Below are positions 10,901 to 18,941 of a stretch of DNA of 64,000 nucleotides, in pieces. The first letter of the stretch is position 1; every line of letters begins with the position of its first letter. The position numbers and the translations under genes are program-made. The DNA is from an uncultured Pirellulales bacterium (GTDB lineage Bacteria; Planctomycetota; Phycisphaerae; Sedimentisphaerales; Anaerobacaceae), in assembly GCA_964354535.1 (NCBI GenBank), contig CAYHAJ010000294.1, forward strand, positions 5,067 to 69,066, written 5' to 3'. The notes below the pieces were generated by a model. The model was not told the origin of the DNA. It ran no database searches and worked only from the letters and a program-made list of their open reading frames with translations.

Positions 10901-11181
10901 GCACCGGGGCGGTCAAGGGCAATTGGGCTGTCGGCGGGCTGGTGGGGGAGAATGACCGAGGGACGGTGACCCAGTCTTTCTGGGACATCCAGACCTCAGG
11001 CCAGGCGAAGAGTGCCGCCGGCACCGGCAAGACCACGGCCCAGATGCAGACGGCCAAGACCTTCCTGGATGCCGGCTGGGACTTTGTGGGCGAGACGAAA
11101 AACGGCACGGAAGACCTCTGGTGGATTCGCGAAGGGAAGGACTATCCGAGGCTGTGGTGGGAGCTGATTCCCGGGAACTGA
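7930..11181 (+). CDS. Secreted GLUG-motif repeat protein, three-module architecture
   Basis: The product has a signal peptide (ACLFALPAHA). Three colinear modules each begin GG[TM]GEPNDPY, followed by FDGNGH.ISHLTI.G.SYLGLFG..GAEV.NLGVVD. Runs of VGGLVG...CYSTG repeats follow; the third module has about 13. Confidence 0.85.
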   Translation: MLEARTSQIVRSISVLIAACLFALPAHAKYSGGTGEPNDPYQIATAADLIALGNEPNDYDKHFILTADIDLDPKLPGRKVFDKAVIAPDTDPTKEYFQGTPFTGVFDGDGHRVSHLTITGKDYLGLFGFGQWYSGAEVKDLGVVDVNINGSGGYVGGLVGLNGGSVTQCYSTGMVTGKDYVGGLVGGITGRSVVATISNCYSTGVVTGKTRVGGLVGTSLNAAVTHCYSTGAVSGSSQVGGLVGYVESNWDTMVAGCFWNAETSGRGTSAGGTGLTTDKMQDIQTYQSARWDFVGQIEDGTSEIWQMPEGGGYPVLAIFSGYLPPQLRGLGTLEDPYLISNALELGAIVHYRSRACYRLAASIDLSGVRWGTAVIPSFAGTFDGNGLTISHLTITGESYLGLFGRLEWGAEVRNLGVVDVNINGSGGDVGGLVGWNEGAVTRCYSTGKVSGTSTVGGLIAMNLGRGATQCYSMVAVSGNGYVGGLVGLSGRTGGGGRIADSYSTGAVSGAKYVGGLVGSTHGEEVTRCYSTGAVMGTGLYVGGLVGDNDSPTQCFWDTQTSGQASSAGGTGKTTAEMHDPNTFRAAGWDFVGQADGPSDIWAMPEGGGYPILWWQLSPWPNLPTFSGGMGEPNDPYVISTAMDLSSIGCNPRLMRCHFKLVADLDLTGLRFYPMGDVDCPYGGVFDGNGHTISHLTIKGESYLGLFGMLGSGAEVKNLGVVDANLSGSDGYVGGLVGHNYSGSVTNCYSTGVISGTYRVGGLVGSNESGTVTQCYSTGTVSGNDNVGGLVGWNYEATVTDCHSTGTVSSKDSVGGLVGWVYSGDVTQSYSTGAVIGTGGAVGGLVGSNSGTLTDCYSTGAVSGGSSVGGLVGSNSGTLTDCDSTGAVGGDSQVGGLVGSNSGTLTDCYSTGTVTGTGWSVGGLVGKNNRGTLTECYSTAAVRGYASVGGLVGRNDGGTVTQCYSTSAVNGVGGVGGLVGENYRGTVSQCYSTGAVKGNWAVGGLVGENDRGTVTQSFWDIQTSGQAKSAAGTGKTTAQMQTAKTFLDAGWDFVGETKNGTEDLWWIREGKDYPRLWWELIPGN
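10450..10683 (+). repeat. Three near-identical in-frame 78-bp tandem repeats inside the GLUG gene
   Basis: The units are 10450-10527, 10528-10605 and 10606-10683. Each begins gt[gc]ggcggactggtggggtccaactc[ag]ggcactctgaccga[ct]tgc and encodes VGGLVGSNSGTLTDC.STG. Only a few substitutions separate the units. Confidence 0.9.
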
Positions 11182-11429
11182 CCCTGTAGCCTTCTCATAG
11201 TATCGCAGGTGTACTCCGCCGGACGGTTACGTTGCTCTCTGTGCGTCTGCGCGAGGTGGTCCTTTGCCTACAACTGGGAGCGGCGCGGAGGATTCTCTCG
11301 CGGTGTTTCCTTGTTCAATCCGAAATCCGCAATTGAGCCGGCCCGCTTGACACGAGACCCCGGATTCATTCAAATCGTAGCCGAGGATGTTCTGAAATAG
11401 ATCGGCATTTGGAGAAAGGAGCGTAGATC

Positions 11430-12281
11430 ATGAACACGCAACGGACTGACCCATGGAGCGCAGGCCCAAGCGGTTTGATGGGGCGTCGGAAATTCGTCAC
11501 GGGAGCGGTCGATCTCATAGGCGGTGCGGCGGTCGCCTGGGCCCTGCTGCCCACGCTCAACGCCCAGGCCGAGATCGTCCCCAAGGACGACCCGCGTCTT
11601 CACACGGAGTGGATTCGATATCCCGCCCCGACGGGTGAGATGCGCGCCTATCTGGCCCGGCGTAAGGAAGAAGAGAAGCGGCCCGCCGTGATCGTGATCC
11701 ACGAGAATCGCGGTCTCACGCCGCACATCCAGGATGTGGCCCGGCGCATGGCGTTGGAGGGGTTTCTGACCCTGGCCCCCGATGCCCTCTCGCCGCAGGG
11801 AGGGACTCCGGAAGATCCCGACCAGGTCCGGTCCCTCTTTGGGAAGCTGGACAGTGAAGCGACGGCCCGGAACTTCGTGGCGGCGGTCCAGTACCTCAAG
11901 ACCCATCCTCTCTCCACAGGGAAAGTCGGGTGCACCGGCTTCTGCTGGGGCGGGGGAATGACCAACCAGGTGGCCGTGCGCTCCCCGGACTTGAGAGCGG
12001 CCGTCCCCTACTATGGCAGTCAGCCTGCTTCGCAGGACGTGCCGAAGATCAAGGCCGCCCTGCTCCTCCAATACGCAGGCAACGATGAGCGCATCAATCG
12101 CGGCATTCCGGCGTTCGAAGAGGCCCTCAAGAAGGCGAAAGTCGAGTACAAGATCCATATCTATGAGGGCGCGGGGCACGCGTTCAACAACGACACCAGC
12201 CCGGACCGCTATCACAAAGAGTCCGCCGAGCTGGCCTGGAAACGCACCATCGCGTTCTTCAAAGAGAAGTTGCAGACATAG
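11430..12281 (+). CDS. Tat-secreted dienelactone hydrolase (paralog of 6171..7613, without the LamG domain)
   Basis: Tat signal GRRKFVTGAVDLIGGAAVAWA. The same blocks appear as in the paralog: PKDDPRL, IVIHEN.GL.PH..DVARR.ALEGF, KVGCTGFCWGG, GAGHAF. Confidence 0.85.
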   Translation: MNTQRTDPWSAGPSGLMGRRKFVTGAVDLIGGAAVAWALLPTLNAQAEIVPKDDPRLHTEWIRYPAPTGEMRAYLARRKEEEKRPAVIVIHENRGLTPHIQDVARRMALEGFLTLAPDALSPQGGTPEDPDQVRSLFGKLDSEATARNFVAAVQYLKTHPLSTGKVGCTGFCWGGGMTNQVAVRSPDLRAAVPYYGSQPASQDVPKIKAALLLQYAGNDERINRGIPAFEEALKKAKVEYKIHIYEGAGHAFNNDTSPDRYHKESAELAWKRTIAFFKEKLQT

Positions 12282-12338
12282 ATGACCGCAGCGGCAAGAA
12301 ACATGTAGCTCAGCCACCCTCGGCTGACGACTTGAAGA

Positions 12339-12358
12339 GACAGCCGGGGGCGGCTGTC
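12339..12358. terminator. GC hairpin between convergent genes (possible bidirectional terminator)
   Basis: gacagccg-gggg-cggctgtc lies between the stops of the DLH gene (12281) and the maturase gene (12372). There is no clear U-tract. Confidence 0.3.
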
Positions 12359-12371
12359 CTGCAAGGCTCGG

Positions 12372-13616
12372 TCACTTCCTCATACAACAGTTCTTGTACT
12401 TCCGGCCGCTGCCACAGGGGCAAGGGTCGTTCCGGCTGACGCGCCGTGCGACCTCAGGCGCCACGGCGGGCGGCGACGGTTCTGTCCGGCGCCACAAGGC
12501 CGCGACCTGCGCCACGAACGGTTGGCAGTGGCTGAAGAACCGTTGGTAGCCGGCGCACAGGTAGTTCAATCCCGGCTCGCCCTCCGGGGTTTGGAGAAAG
12601 CGATTCTTGGGACACTCGCCATTGCACAGGGCCCGGACTCCGCAGACCTGACAATAACGCGGCAGTGTGTCCCGCTTGGCTCGCCCGAAGGCCTGCTGCG
12701 CGGGATTGTCCAGCAAGTCGGCCAGCGGTGTCTGGCGCAGGTTCCCCAGGCGGTGCTCGGCATCGGCGAAATGGTCACAGCAGTAGAAGTCGCCATTGTG
12801 CTCGACCACAGGAACGCCGCCACAGACCTCCTTGAAAATGCACAACGTGTGCTCCTGCCCAAAGGCCGGCCGGACCGCTTCCTCGAAGATCTGCACTTTG
12901 ACCTGCCCGATGTCCCGCGCCACCCACTCGTCGAAGACGGCACAGAGAAATTCGCCCCAACCCTCCGCGGGCACCGTGCGTTCGCTCACACCGCCTTCAG
13001 TCTCCGGCTGCCGTTCGACGAGAGGAAGGAAACTCAGATAGGGCGCTCCCAACTGCCGGAAGAACTGGTAAACGTCGGACGGGAATTCCACGTTGTGCGC
13101 GCCGACCACGCACAGAATCTCACAGGGTATTTGGTGCTGCTGTAGAAGCTGGTAGCCCCGCATCGTTTGCGCATGGACCGGCTGGCCGTCTTTCGTCCTG
13201 CGGTATCGGTCGTGCATTTCCTGCGGACCGTCCACACTGATCCCGACCGCGAAGCCCTCCGCCGCCAGGAAACGACACCAGTCTTCATCCAGAAGGGTTC
13301 CATTGGTTTGGATCCCGTTGACGATGCGGCGGTCGGCGGGCTCATGCTTCCGCTGAAGTGCCACGATCCTGCGGAAATAGTCCAGCCCCAGCAGAGTCGG
13401 CTCTCCCCCATGCCAGGAGAAGCGAATCTCCGGCTCACCGCAGGCGCTGATGTGCTGGACGATGTACTTCTCCAGCAGATCCGCCGGCATACGGAAGGAT
13501 TCCCCCTTGGGATACAGCCCCTGCTTGCCGAGGTAGTAACAGTATTGGCAGTCCAGGTTGCAGACGGCACCGGCCGGCTTCACGAAAACCTGGAACTCAC
13601 GAGACACTCTGGTCAT
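12372..13616 (-). CDS. Anaerobic sulfatase-maturating enzyme (radical SAM/SPASM) with C-terminal SEC-C motif
   Basis: The radical-SAM motif is CNLDCQYCYY. C-terminal Cys clusters include CQVCGVRALCNGECPKN. The product is colinear with AslB/ChuR-type maturases. The last 20 aa are NDPCPCGSGRKYKNCCMRK, a SEC-C metal-binding motif. Confidence 0.9.
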   Translation of the reverse strand: MTRVSREFQVFVKPAGAVCNLDCQYCYYLGKQGLYPKGESFRMPADLLEKYIVQHISACGEPEIRFSWHGGEPTLLGLDYFRRIVALQRKHEPADRRIVNGIQTNGTLLDEDWCRFLAAEGFAVGISVDGPQEMHDRYRRTKDGQPVHAQTMRGYQLLQQHQIPCEILCVVGAHNVEFPSDVYQFFRQLGAPYLSFLPLVERQPETEGGVSERTVPAEGWGEFLCAVFDEWVARDIGQVKVQIFEEAVRPAFGQEHTLCIFKEVCGGVPVVEHNGDFYCCDHFADAEHRLGNLRQTPLADLLDNPAQQAFGRAKRDTLPRYCQVCGVRALCNGECPKNRFLQTPEGEPGLNYLCAGYQRFFSHCQPFVAQVAALWRRTEPSPPAVAPEVARRVSRNDPCPCGSGRKYKNCCMRK

Positions 13617-13931
13617 GTACTTACCTTCCCATCAGGCGGCCACCCTTGGCCGAGAAATCCTCTGGAGCGTAACACATTCCGCCGCCGGCGTCGAAGAAAA
13701 CCTGCGCCTCCCCCCTTCTGGTGTGCCACAAGCAGCACCGGTCGGGAATTCTCCTGAAACCAACCGGTGTTTTCCGAGTCACCATCTCCGGCACTCGAAA
13801 AGGCAAAAAATCGTGCGGCGTGAACCGCGACGATTTCTCGAAGTAACAGTTATCAGTCGTATGTAGGAGCATTTTTCCACCGGCTCTTTGACACGTCGAT
13901 CTCAAGCACACCCTTTTTGGGGAGAATTGCC

Positions 13932-16109
13932 ATGAAGGCAACAACAATCACGCACTCGGTGTCTCTTCTCCTGGGATTATTGGCGTTCGTCCCAACGGTG
14001 GCCCCCGCGCAACCGCACGACGTCGCCTGGACTTTCGGAAATGAGGATTTCACTTCCTATCGGCTGGACGCCTTTGCACCCGCGGGCATCCCCTTCGCGC
14101 CGCTCGGCAGCGAGAATCCCACCCTGCCCCTGGAGCTGGGCAAACGCTATCAAATCACGGTCACCAACTCTTCGGTTCACCCCCTCGAAGTCATCGGCAA
14201 GGCCTCGTCTGCGTCAGAGGATACGGTGCTCTTGTCCATGGCCGTGGCGGGTCCGCTGGAATCCGATCCCGGCGTCGCCTGGGAGGACAACGGGACGGGC
14301 ACCGTTCGCTTCACCCTCACGATCGAGCTCTATCAGGCCATGGTCGAAGGAGGCCGCAAGCCGGGCTATCGGTGCCGCCCGCACGCGAGTCTCATGCGCG
14401 GCGAGCTTACCGTAGCGGGTCTGCCCATCGCGGGACACATCCTGCCGGCGCCCCTGCGCGTCGGCCTGCAAACCGTAGCGTCCGGGCTGGCGGCACCACT
14501 CCTGCTCGTGCCCGACCCAACGCAGGCAGAACGACTTCATGTCGTGGACCAGGCAGGCCTGTTGCGCGTGATCGATCACGGCCAACTCCTGGAAAAGCCG
14601 TTCCTGGACGTCACGAAACTGCTGGTGCCTCTGCGGGCCAACTACGACGAGCGCGGCCTGCTCGGCCTGGCGTTCCATCCGGGTTATGCCCAGTCGAACC
14701 ATGTCGGATACAGGCACTTCTACACCTACACAAGTGAGCCGCTCCAGGGACCGGCCGACTTTACGGTCGTGCTGCCGGCCGGCACCACCATGAACCACCA
14801 AAGCGTGGTTCGGGAATGGCGCTGGGATGGGATCAGCGAGACAGTCGATCCGACATCCTCCCGCGTGGTCCTGCGGATTGACCAGCCGCAGTCCAACCAC
14901 AACGCGGGACATATCGAGTTCGGTCCGGATGGCTATCTGTACATCGCCCTCGGGGACGGCGGCGGCGCCAACGACAACGGCGCCGGCCACGGCACGCAGG
15001 GCAACGGCCAGAACCTCAACACCATCCTCGGCAAGATCATCCGCATCGACCCTCTGCACCCGACTCTGACACCGGGCAGTCTTAACCCCGTCAGCGTCAA
15101 TGGCGTCTACCGAGTGCCTTTGGATAATCCTTTCGTCGGCGCCGACGGTCTCGATGAGATCTTCGCTCACGGGCTACGCAATCCGTATCGCTTCAGCTTC
15201 GATGCCCGCAGCGGTGCGTTGATCGTCCCCGACGTGGGTCAGAACCGCGTCGAAGAGATCAACTTCCTGCACAAAGGCCGCAACTACGGCTGGCGTCTCA
15301 AGGAAGGGACGTTCCTGTTCGATCCGGCGGGAGCCCTCATCGGACTGCCGCTGGACGATCCGCGTTTGACCGATCCGGTCGTGCAGTACGATCATGACGA
15401 GGGTCTGGCCGTAGTCGCTGGCTACACCTACTATGGCAAGGAAGTGCCGGAACTCTGGGGTCAGTATGTCTGCGGCGATTGGTCCCGCCAGTTCTCCGCG
15501 CCCCAGGGACGGCTGTTCGTGGCCGACCTGTTCGCGGGCCGGATTCAGGAGCTATTGATCGGTCCCAAGGGCGACCCGCTGGGTCTGTTCATCAAGGGAT
15601 TCGGGCAGGACCACGACGGCGAGGTCTACCTCCTGGCCAGTACGGCGGCCGGTCCGGCGGGCACTACCGGCGTCGTCAAGAAGATCGTGGGGGCACGAGC
15701 CGAACCGCCGATCGGCGCCGTGCTCACCGGAGCCGAGGCAGGCACGAATTCCACCGCCACCGGCTTAGCCGTCCTGAAGCCGGGTCCTGAGGGAACAACG
15801 ATCTCGTACCAACTCAAAGTCCAGGGTCTGGCGAACGTGACGATGGCACACATCCACATCGCGAGCACGCCGGGCGGGAATGGCTCACCGGCGGTTTGGC
15901 TGTATCCAGCGGTGCCGCCGGCCGTGACCATCCCCGGCGAATTCACGGGTCTGCTGCGCGAGGGCACCTTCACGGCGGCTCAGTTCGTCGGCCCGCTGGC
16001 CGGCAAGACGCTCGCCGATCTGATGACCGCGATCCGCGAGAACCGGGCCTACGTGAACGTGCACACGCTGCAATTCCCCGGCGGCGAAATCCGCGGCGGA
16101 CTGCAGTAG
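13932..16109 (+). CDS. Secreted three-domain protein: cupredoxin-like domain + PQQ-dependent sugar (sorbosone/glucose) dehydrogenase beta-propeller + CHRD domain
   Basis: ATG 13932 starts a signal peptide (LLLGLLAFVPTVAPA). The N-terminal domain has ITVTNSSVHPLEV...YRCRPHASLMRGELTV, a His/Cys/His/Met type-1 copper ligand pattern. The GSDH family blocks are GLLGLAFHP, SNHNAGHIEFGPDGYLYIALGDGGG and HGLRNPYRFSFD. The C-terminal CHRD pattern is MAHIHIASTPGGNGSP...AYVNVHTLQFPGGEIRGGL. Confidence 0.85.
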   Translation: MKATTITHSVSLLLGLLAFVPTVAPAQPHDVAWTFGNEDFTSYRLDAFAPAGIPFAPLGSENPTLPLELGKRYQITVTNSSVHPLEVIGKASSASEDTVLLSMAVAGPLESDPGVAWEDNGTGTVRFTLTIELYQAMVEGGRKPGYRCRPHASLMRGELTVAGLPIAGHILPAPLRVGLQTVASGLAAPLLLVPDPTQAERLHVVDQAGLLRVIDHGQLLEKPFLDVTKLLVPLRANYDERGLLGLAFHPGYAQSNHVGYRHFYTYTSEPLQGPADFTVVLPAGTTMNHQSVVREWRWDGISETVDPTSSRVVLRIDQPQSNHNAGHIEFGPDGYLYIALGDGGGANDNGAGHGTQGNGQNLNTILGKIIRIDPLHPTLTPGSLNPVSVNGVYRVPLDNPFVGADGLDEIFAHGLRNPYRFSFDARSGALIVPDVGQNRVEEINFLHKGRNYGWRLKEGTFLFDPAGALIGLPLDDPRLTDPVVQYDHDEGLAVVAGYTYYGKEVPELWGQYVCGDWSRQFSAPQGRLFVADLFAGRIQELLIGPKGDPLGLFIKGFGQDHDGEVYLLASTAAGPAGTTGVVKKIVGARAEPPIGAVLTGAEAGTNSTATGLAVLKPGPEGTTISYQLKVQGLANVTMAHIHIASTPGGNGSPAVWLYPAVPPAVTIPGEFTGLLREGTFTAAQFVGPLAGKTLADLMTAIRENRAYVNVHTLQFPGGEIRGGLQ

Positions 16110-16164
16110 GTCGGAGCCTCGTCCTGGGTCCATCTGGCACAACATCGTCAACGTTCTCACCACA

Positions 16165-16198
16165 GGGGCTGCGGACAGAACCCGCAGCCCCTTCTTTA
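16165..16198 (+). terminator. Rho-independent terminator downstream of the PQQ dehydrogenase gene
   Basis: ggggctgcgg-acagaac-ccgcagcccc forms a 10-bp perfect stem followed by ttcttta. Confidence 0.6.
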
Positions 16199-16523
16199 CC
16201 ACGGCCTGCCCCGGTCGCAGGCATATTCCCGTTCCCAGCGCGGACCATCGCGAGCGTTCTGGCCCCCGCTCTCCGCTGCTACCCAAATGCGATACACGCC
16301 TCTCAGCGGGTGTAAGTGCCCGCAGCAAATCGCCTGTGCAACGACCACGGAAGGACCCCCTGCCTACCCATTGGGGATTCCGCCCCCAAACCCCCCGGCC
16401 TTTGGCGCTGTGGACCAATAGCATGATCGCCGGAAGGCGCGGCATTTCTCTTGTCTGAACACCAACGGACTACTATGATGGGCGGGAGTCCCTAACCTGC
16501 AGACCAGCCAAGGAGGTGCAGTA

Positions 16524-17681
16524 ATGCGATTTGGTCCACTCGAGCTTCAGGCGTGTGGCGAGAACAACTTCACCATGAAGGCACTGGGCATCCTGGCCTT
16601 TCGTCCAGACCTTCGTGCGCGCTTTGTCCAGAAGCTCGCTGGACCTGGTGCGCTCGCCCCCAGGGATGGAGAGGTGAGCATATTGTTCTTCAGCCGCATC
16701 GGCGAGGGCTTCTTTCGCGAAGTCAAAGAGCGAGAACGAGATGAGAAGCCTGGCGCCCTCGAAGCACGCCTGAATGCCGCCCTTGACCTTCCGCGCGGAT
16801 TTCGCTGGCCTCGCAGGAAAGATGGCCGTCTTGTGCAGCCTAATATGTGGCGCGCCTCACACATCAGAGAGATGCTCCGCGTGAACGGAAAAGCGGAGGA
16901 TCAGGAGCTTCACGAACGGCTGAAAGACCTGCAGGACTGCCTGAATACCGAACCCGATGTCGTGCTTCAGTGGGGCAGAAAGCTCGCCTTGATCGAAATC
17001 AAGGTGCTTTCCCCCGAAGGGGATAGACAAATCGACCGCCAGATCCGCCTTGGACAAATGCTCAGTCGCCTTCTCGGCTGGGAAGTCCCACTGTTCTTCC
17101 TGATCGGCCCAGAACATGGAGGACGGCCACCGTGCGCGGATTGCAGGTTTGTTTCGTGGGCCGCTGTAGCCGACTGGTTCTCCGACGTGCCTGAGATCGT
17201 CAACTACATTCGGTCGTTCACTTTCTTCTATGATGGCCACTGGCAGTCGATGGTATCCGCCCACGCAACAGCCTCAGGAGAGACGGCCTATGATCTTCTG
17301 CGGTTCAACCCCAGACAGGAATCGCCATCCGCTGGGCCGGCCCAGCCGAAGATTGTCTCACAACCGAGACAGACTCTTCACGGCCCCCCATCCGACCCTT
17401 GGCACTTTTCCCACCTGGGTCGCCAGTACTTCCTCGCGATGTTTCGGGGCTGCCGAGAGAATGGCGTATGGCCCCTGCGGTGGATCTGGATCGGAACCAC
17501 GGGTGTTCCATTTGCCGAGAAGTTGAAGGGACGCCAGATTCATCCGAATTGGATGGTCGAGGATACCCAGGGGCAACGTCGCACTCGCTCAGGTGGTTTC
17601 AAAGAGGAAGGGCGGTATAACGAGGGCCGCATGCGGCGGTTCTCGTATAATGATGTCGCGCAGTATTTCAATCTGCGCTAG
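16524..17681 (+). CDS. Hypothetical protein with PD-(D/E)xK nuclease-like motif
   Basis: AAGGAGG (16511-16517) lies 6 nt before ATG 16524. The product contains EPDVVLQWGRKLALIEIKVL, a PD...E.K arrangement typical of the restriction-endonuclease fold. The C-terminal half was not recognised. Confidence 0.7.
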   Translation: MRFGPLELQACGENNFTMKALGILAFRPDLRARFVQKLAGPGALAPRDGEVSILFFSRIGEGFFREVKERERDEKPGALEARLNAALDLPRGFRWPRRKDGRLVQPNMWRASHIREMLRVNGKAEDQELHERLKDLQDCLNTEPDVVLQWGRKLALIEIKVLSPEGDRQIDRQIRLGQMLSRLLGWEVPLFFLIGPEHGGRPPCADCRFVSWAAVADWFSDVPEIVNYIRSFTFFYDGHWQSMVSAHATASGETAYDLLRFNPRQESPSAGPAQPKIVSQPRQTLHGPPSDPWHFSHLGRQYFLAMFRGCRENGVWPLRWIWIGTTGVPFAEKLKGRQIHPNWMVEDTQGQRRTRSGGFKEEGRYNEGRMRRFSYNDVAQYFNLR

Positions 17682-17743
17682 CAGCGGCGCGAGGATTCGG
17701 AGCGTCCACGCATAGCGGTCACATTCTGTCTTATGTAAGGTGC

Positions 17744-18163
17744 CTACGGTGGTCTTGTGACGAATTCGCCGGGGACTTCCTCGGCGCCAACCCTTGCCGG
17801 GCGATTGCGATAGTAGAAGGTCCGCAGGGCCAGGTAGACGATGGGGAGGATACCCAGCACGATGAAGATCACGTCGCCGGGTAGGCGGGCCCATTCCAGG
17901 GCGCGGACCAGCGGCTGCGCGAAGAATTCCGGGCTGCGGGCGTGCCAGTAGCCGTTTTGCAGGCTGTTCTGGAACTGGAGAAAGCCGACCGGGACGAGAT
18001 TGGCGAAGATCATATAGGCCAAGCCGAGATTGAGACCCCAGAAGGAAAGCCCCATCGCCCAATTGCTCGCCCGGTCCGCCGGGAGGAAGTAGCGGGCGAC
18101 AAAAACCAGAAGACCCATCGCCAGCATGCCGTAGACGCCCATCAGAGCCCCGTGACAATACCA
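17744..18163 (-). pseudogene. norB: C-terminal remnant of a nitric-oxide reductase large subunit (qNOR/NorB, heme-copper oxidase family)
   Basis: The translation HGALMGVYGMLAMGLLVFVARYF...FWGLNLGLAYMIF..LVPVGFLQF..SLQNGYWHARSPEF...LPGDVIFIVLGILP matches only the last 135 aa or so of NorB proteins, which are about 750 aa. An in-frame stop lies immediately upstream (about 18164-18166), and the preceding 600 codons or so are absent. Confidence 0.65.
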
Positions 18164-18233
18164 TCAAACGCATGGAAAGTGGGTTTCCAGTGGGCCTGGA
18201 AGGGCAGAGTAGGGAGTCTCCAGTGTGAAGTAT

Positions 18234-18262
18234 GTCATTGCGAGCAAAGCGAAGCCATCTCC
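18234..18262 (+). repeat. REP-like element, family 1 (GTCATTGCGAGC.AAGCG..GC.ATCT.CC)
   Basis: gtcattgcgagcaaagcgaagccatctcc. Related copies occur at 56296-56325 (+), 36435-36464 (+) and 36477-36510 (-). Confidence 0.7.
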
Positions 18263-18302
18263 CACCCCCAGGCCGCCGCGGGACAAGAAGACCCATCCTT
18301 CG

Positions 18303-18575
18303 TCATACGCCACGATGGCGCATCAGGTATTCGGCAAAGATCTGGGCCGGTGGGCAAGACACGCAACCCAGAGAGGCGCGGATCTTCTTCGGCGATACTT
18401 TGCGCTTCGCCGCCAGGTGCCTGGCCTCCTCCGGCGCATCCCGCTCCAACTGCGAGAGGAATCCCTGGAGACACTCGGACGACCGGCATTCCCGCCGGGG
18501 CGTTTCTTTCCTGAGCCGATTGAGCAAGGCTTCGACGTCCCCGGCCGTCAACGGTTTTCGCTTTCCCCCAGACAT
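18303..18575 (-). CDS. Hypothetical small protein (weak call)
   Basis: ATG 18575 gives MSGGKRKPLTAGDVEALLNRLRKE...CVSCPPAQIFAEYL. No family was recognised, and several overlapping shadow ORFs exist here. Confidence 0.3.
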   Translation of the reverse strand: MSGGKRKPLTAGDVEALLNRLRKETPRRECRSSECLQGFLSQLERDAPEEARHLAAKRKVSPKKIRASLGCVSCPPAQIFAEYLMRHRGV

Positions 18576-18650
18576 AGAGCCCCCAATGACAGCCGCTCCG
18601 CCGCAACGGCTGTTCCCCATGAGCCTGGTTGCCCCCCGGACCCGTGAGAC

Positions 18651-18857
18651 CTACTGTCCGCCCGCGACGTCCCGAACTGCGTCCGAGCCGGGCGCGAACA
18701 CCGGCGTACCGACCGCGAGATTCTGACGGATCACATACTCCTCGGACCGGATCGTCGCGGGTGCGCGCGACTCTGTCCGGCCCGCATCGACCACAATGCA
18801 CCCGGTGGCCCACACCGTTGTGAGAACCAGGGTGGCAAGCAACAGGCACCTTCGCAT
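18651..18857 (-). CDS. Small putative lipoprotein
   Basis: ATG 18857 gives MRRCLLLATLVLTTVWATGC, a lipobox followed by Cys. The product is 68 aa. Confidence 0.45.
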   Translation of the reverse strand: MRRCLLLATLVLTTVWATGCIVVDAGRTESRAPATIRSEEYVIRQNLAVGTPVFAPGSDAVRDVAGGQ

Positions 18858-18941
18858 GATCTTCCCTTCGCACAGAAGCATCTGAGCTACCAACGCTGCA
18901 AGATAAGATAGCAGATCGCTTCGGCCCTGTCAAATGTCACG

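Noticed and set aside
17589-18296. 235-aa minus-strand ORF
   Set aside because: It overlaps the norB remnant out of frame and reads through a REP-like element (the ...LRFARNDI... peptide is the usual translation artefact of that repeat).
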